A stretch of 64,000 bases of DNA, taken from positions 34,259,737-34,323,736 of the forward strand of contig CP154954.1 of NCBI GenBank assembly GCA_039621445.1, in the 5' to 3' direction. The notes below the pieces were generated by a model. It ran no database searches and was not told the origin of the DNA. It was given only the letters and a program-made list of their open reading frames with translations. Origin of the DNA: Euglena gracilis. Lineage: Eukaryota. The stretch's first letter is position 1; the number at the start of each line of letters is the position of its first letter. Below are positions 63,774 to 64,000 of the stretch, in pieces. Position numbers and translations under genes: made by a program.

Positions 63774-64000
63774 TGGGCTGACCTGGTAAATGTCCCCCGG
63801 AATGGTCGAATGCACCCATCTAAATGAGCTCATTTCTTGCAACCAACCTTCCCGCTGCATGTTTTTTCTTACAATTAAACCACAAAAATCATGAAACCAA
63901 CGGGTCCCCTGACTTTGGAGGCCTCCTGGAACACCCATTCGGTTACTCGGAGTAAGGCCCAATTTGGTCCATTTTTACATGGTAACCTGGGCTGACCTGG
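63774..64000 (+). repeat. 213-bp satellite, forward, runs off window
   Basis: Resumes at TGGGCTGACCTGG. Confidence 0.97.

Noticed and set aside
63400..63789. 129-aa ORF as a real gene
   Set aside because: Non-ATG start, ends inside satellite, no recognisable domain.
1..64000. CRISPR array
   Set aside because: Whole monomers are repeated; there are no unique spacers and no cas genes.

Overview
Eukaryotic-type satellite DNA array with no intact cellular gene. About 85% of the window is a tandem repeat with a 213-bp monomer (a 212-bp subfamily dominates ~5.3-15.3 kb). It is organised into variant-defined domains with local higher-order duplications and two inverted blocks (30704-41590, 62586-63305). 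Interruptions: (i) two tandem copies of a 3'-truncated LTR-retrotransposon-like element (425-bp TGTAC...GTACA LTR, initiator-tRNA-Met-like PBS, degenerate gag-position ORF) fused to a second ~162-bp A/T-tract repeat; (ii) two copies of a ~630-bp non-autonomous TIR element with TA target duplication carrying a 95-codon ORF behind a splice-acceptor-like signal; (iii) three non-satellite filler inserts near the right end; (iv) poly-C and GC/GA low-complexity tracts that may be sequencing artefacts. Almost all ORFs in the track are translations of the satellite. The organism cannot be identified from this sequence. I see no convincing novel protein-coding system. The most notable signals are breakpoint clustering at two monomer sites, a fold-back inversion junction, a palindrome-packed LTR and the exon-carrying TIR element.
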